Positions 60,701 to 64,000 of a stretch of DNA of 64,000 nucleotides are shown here, in pieces. The DNA comes from a virus (lineage: Duplodnaviria; Caudoviricetes), in IMG/VR virus record IMGVR_UViG_638276473_000001, positions 6,798 through 70,797 of that record, one strand, 5' to 3'. Made by a program: the position numbers and the translations under genes. Positions within the stretch are counted from its first letter, which is position 1; every line of letters starts with the position of its first letter. Under the pieces are notes generated by a model. It was not told the DNA's origin. It was given only the letters and a program-made list of their open reading frames with translations, and ran no database searches.

Positions 60701-63437
60701 TCCCCCTCGCTCACTCTCACCATTTCGCGACAGTTTCAACGCGTATCGCAAGGCGAAATGGTTTGGAACGCTGCCGCTTCCGGCTCGAAAGAAGAATCCC
60801 CCGCCAACGGGCTTCACCGGACACGCTGCACCGTTCCCCTCACCTGACGACATTCGTGGCTGGCTCGGAGAGCCAGAACGCAAGCGCGCCAACATCGCGC
60901 TACGGCTGGGCGGTGTTGATAAAGAGTATGAAGTCATCGGCATAGACGTAGACCATTACGTCAAGGGAGACAAGGAGAAACGCGGTGGAGAACAACTTCA
61001 AGCATTGGAGAACGCGCATGGCCCGCTTCCTCCTACGTGGATCAGCAGCGCACGAACTGACGGAGTATCTGGAATACGATACTACCGGGTCCCCCGTGGC
61101 CTTGCATTTCGAGGTCAGGTCTCGAAAGACATCGAGTGCATCCAAAAGGGACATCGATTCGCCGTCGTCTGGCCGAGTTATAACCCTGACTCGAAAAGCG
61201 ATTACTGGTGGTTTCCACCCGATGCAGACCTCACACCAGAAGGCCGAAAGGCGTGGCGCGTAGGTGAACTGCCGGTAGCCACGGAGCTACCGCTGTTGCC
61301 TGAAACATGGCTCAAGTTCTTGACTCGCGGCCTGATGGAAGCGGGCAAGGTCGAAATCGACATGGATTCCACTGTCGATGACATCTACGCATGGGCGTAT
61401 GAGAAATTCGGCGTGGATGAAGCGGTTTGCTTTCGAATGCGAGAGAAAGCCGACAAACATATCAAGTTGATTCGTGAGGAAGCCACGTCTCACGACAAGA
61501 TCGTCAACGCGCACATGAACATCATGTTGCTGGCGTCCGAAGGCCACAAGGGCTGGGACACAGCGATTCATGAGATAGAAGCTGCGTTCGTTGACGAAGT
61601 ACAGAAGCGCGACAAACGATCTATTGACGAACTGCGCGGAGAAGTTTTCCGCAGCCGAATCAACGGACTGCGCAAGGTCAAGGCCAAGGTGGACGCCCGC
61701 ATTGCTATTGGTGCTGAGGGCGTACCGGCCACCGACCTAGAGTGCGGGTCCACCGACGACCAGGGCGTCCCACTGCTGGGCAGTGAGGCATCCCCGCCAG
61801 ACAACAACCTGTTCGACATCCCACGAAAACAAAGCAGTCCTGCATCGGAATACAGACAAAACGATGACGGCAACGCCGATCACTTCATCGACATCTGGTC
61901 TGACGCAAACATGGGACCAGCCGTGCGTTACGTCAAGGGACTCGGTTGGATCATCTGGCACAAGGGCGATCACGACCAACGTCAACCACACTGGGAAGTG
62001 GACGAAGACGGTCGCGGAACCATGCGCCAGATGTTTCGCGCAGTGCGAGACAAGCAAGAAGGTTTCGCTGAGAACCTGAAAGTTGACTACACCAATGCTA
62101 TGCGTGCGTTCGCACAGCAGACGCCGGGTGTAAGTGCAGCAGATGTACGTGAAGCCAAGAGTGCGTGGAGCAACTGGCATAAATTCGCAACCAGTTCTGG
62201 CATGAATCGCAACGCAGACAACGCCATTGCTGCAATTGCAACACACGCCGGAATCAACCTAGACATCAACGAGATAGACGCTAGGCCAGACTTGCTTGCT
62301 GTCGCCAACGGCGTGGTTGAACTCAACCCCACTGGCGCTCGCTTGCGTGACGCTGAACCAGAAGACTATCTTACGCTCAACACTGGCGTTCCTTGGCTTC
62401 ACCCGAAAGAAATCCCCAACACAGGACAGAAGCTTTGGCAGGAATATCTAGACAAGTTCCTCCCCGATCCCAGCTACAGACGTGACGTACAAATCATCTT
62501 GGGGCACGCTCTCATCGGATCGAACCCACACAAGAAGTTGATCATCTTCAAAGGCGCTGCCAACACTGGCAAGTCTGTGATGATCACGATGATCAATGAA
62601 GTGTTGGGTGATTACGCCAAGACAACGAACCGCTCACTGTTCACGTATCACAAGCTCAATCCTGTGCTTGCTCAAGCACTGCCCAAACGTGTGGTGAGCA
62701 TCGTGGAGCTATCGCGAGACAAACGAAATCCTTTGACCGTGGATCAGATGAAGACGGCCACAGGTAACGACTACATCGAAGCAGAGCTTAAAGGCAAGAA
62801 CGCCACCATCAACCGTGTGCCGATGTTTCTGCCGATCATGGTCACCAACACCGTGCCCGAGATTGAAGGACATGACAAGGCTCTGAGAGAACGACTGCGC
62901 GTTATCTCGTTCAACGTGGTAGAGCAGAATCCCGATGACACGATTGCAGCCAGAATGCGTAGAGAATCACGCACGGCTGTACTCAATTGGTTGATCGAGG
63001 GCTACAACCTGTACTGCCAAAGCGAGCGTAAGTTCCCTGAGAATGATCGCATGCGTGCAGACACAGATGAATTCGCCTCCGATATGGACGATATTTCTCT
63101 GTTCGCCAAAGAGTGCTTGAAGCCAGCACCCAACATGGACAAGCCATCTATCAACTGGGCGCGTGATCAAGTCGAATGGTGTACATCGCGAGCGGCGGTA
63201 TGGACTCGATACGAGCAATGGCTTTTCGACAACCACATCCCAGAAAAGCACAAGCTCACGTCTCCGCAATTCACACGACGGCTCAAAGAACTTGGCTTCA
63301 ACTCACCCCAGAACAAGGTGAGGGTCAACAAACAGCTTGGATACTACTGGCTCGGTGTAAAGCTAATCGGCCACGATGTTTCAAGAGATGTCCAGCAGAT
63401 AACCGGATCGTCTAGCTGGCAGAACCCAGGAGGATGA
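60681..63437 (+). CDS. Bifunctional primase/polymerase fused to SF3 (D5/P4-type) helicase
   Basis: KNPP...NIALR...IGIDVD prim-pol motifs; NGVVEL; Walker A GAANTGKS; MVTN. Confidence 0.93.
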   Translation: MSMPDANPPRSLSPFRDSFNAYRKAKWFGTLPLPARKKNPPPTGFTGHAAPFPSPDDIRGWLGEPERKRANIALRLGGVDKEYEVIGIDVDHYVKGDKEKRGGEQLQALENAHGPLPPTWISSARTDGVSGIRYYRVPRGLAFRGQVSKDIECIQKGHRFAVVWPSYNPDSKSDYWWFPPDADLTPEGRKAWRVGELPVATELPLLPETWLKFLTRGLMEAGKVEIDMDSTVDDIYAWAYEKFGVDEAVCFRMREKADKHIKLIREEATSHDKIVNAHMNIMLLASEGHKGWDTAIHEIEAAFVDEVQKRDKRSIDELRGEVFRSRINGLRKVKAKVDARIAIGAEGVPATDLECGSTDDQGVPLLGSEASPPDNNLFDIPRKQSSPASEYRQNDDGNADHFIDIWSDANMGPAVRYVKGLGWIIWHKGDHDQRQPHWEVDEDGRGTMRQMFRAVRDKQEGFAENLKVDYTNAMRAFAQQTPGVSAADVREAKSAWSNWHKFATSSGMNRNADNAIAAIATHAGINLDINEIDARPDLLAVANGVVELNPTGARLRDAEPEDYLTLNTGVPWLHPKEIPNTGQKLWQEYLDKFLPDPSYRRDVQIILGHALIGSNPHKKLIIFKGAANTGKSVMITMINEVLGDYAKTTNRSLFTYHKLNPVLAQALPKRVVSIVELSRDKRNPLTVDQMKTATGNDYIEAELKGKNATINRVPMFLPIMVTNTVPEIEGHDKALRERLRVISFNVVEQNPDDTIAARMRRESRTAVLNWLIEGYNLYCQSERKFPENDRMRADTDEFASDMDDISLFAKECLKPAPNMDKPSINWARDQVEWCTSRAAVWTRYEQWLFDNHIPEKHKLTSPQFTRRLKELGFNSPQNKVRVNKQLGYYWLGVKLIGHDVSRDVQQITGSSSWQNPGG

Positions 63438-63438
63438 A

Positions 63439-63660
63439 ATGAAACTCGATGCAATCAAACGCGTCAATCTCGATAACGTCACGGCCATTTGTCTGAGCGG
63501 CACATGGTTCAAGGTGTGCTGCGTGAGATACAACGCCGATCTGGGCCTGGTGACGGCCAAGACACCGGACGGCAGTCAAGATCATGAGCCGACCATGGTC
63601 GTGGCACCCGAGGCCATCGAAGCTCTGTCGTGGAACGCCGTCGTCCCGATGCACCGCTGA
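63439..63660 (+). CDS. Hypothetical protein
   Basis: AGGAGG RBS. Confidence 0.65.
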   Translation: MKLDAIKRVNLDNVTAICLSGTWFKVCCVRYNADLGLVTAKTPDGSQDHEPTMVVAPEAIEALSWNAVVPMHR

Positions 63661-63670
63661 CAGCCAAAAG

Positions 63671-63942
63671 TGTCCCCTGTTGTCCCCTGTTGGAGGGGAC
63701 AGATCGACAGAAAGGGGACACCTAAAACCCCAGGTCAAAGCGAAATTGTCCCCTTGTCCCCTCTTGTCCCCTGTTTTTCATCATATTCTCTCTACACGTA
63801 AGACTTGTTAGTCCTACTAGCATCTACACCCACGGAGAAACGCAACGTGAGCCGAAAAAGAGGGGACAGGGGACAAAAACCCCGCTGACCTGCGGAAAGG
63901 ACTGTCCCCTGGCGGGTTTGCAAGCGGGGACAAGAGGGGACA
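63671..63942. repeat. Twelve GGGGACA/TGTCCCC heptamers; candidate replication origin
   Basis: TGTCCCC at 63671, 63681, 63747, 63755, 63765, 63903; GGGGACA at 63695, 63714, 63862, 63869, 63926, 63936. Confidence 0.9.
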
Positions 63943-64000
63943 AATGATCTGAGGGTCCGCGTCGGCCTTCTCGTCGGAACTCGCACGTGCGTAAGATGTA

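Overview
The window is most of the genome of a tailed actinobacteriophage (siphovirus) whose host has a mycolic-acid envelope (Gordonia/Mycobacterium-like, inferred from lysin B and the LGFP-repeat endolysin). Essentially all credible genes are on the + strand. No integrase, repressor, terminase or portal is recognisable; terminase and portal probably lie outside the window. Gene order: four very basic Lys/Arg-rich proteins, JAB/MPN metalloprotease, MuF-like head protein, scaffold, decoration protein, major capsid, head-tail and tail genes including a 2047-aa tape measure with an Rpf-like domain (0.3-24.5 kb); lysis cassette (24.5-29.3 kb); a non-coding control region with a 10-copy ~22-23-bp repeat array and a tRNA-shaped structured RNA (29.3-31.1 kb); then the early/replication arm with DUF932 protein, SNF2 helicase, Cas4-like nuclease, AAA ATPase, SSB, DnaE, HNH, RuvC-like protein, papain-like peptidase, many small Cys-rich proteins, a primase-helicase and a GGGGACA-repeat origin candidate. 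Top leads: (1) scaffold and major capsid share an N-terminal DP[KR]xxALxAWxx[FL]GG motif next to an intact JAB protease and protamine-like proteins, suggesting a diglycine-directed head maturation system; (2) a ~245-nt tRNA-like cloverleaf with a ~160-nt structured insert in its D-loop; (3) the helically phased repeat array. All family assignments are from motif recognition by eye; no database searches were run.
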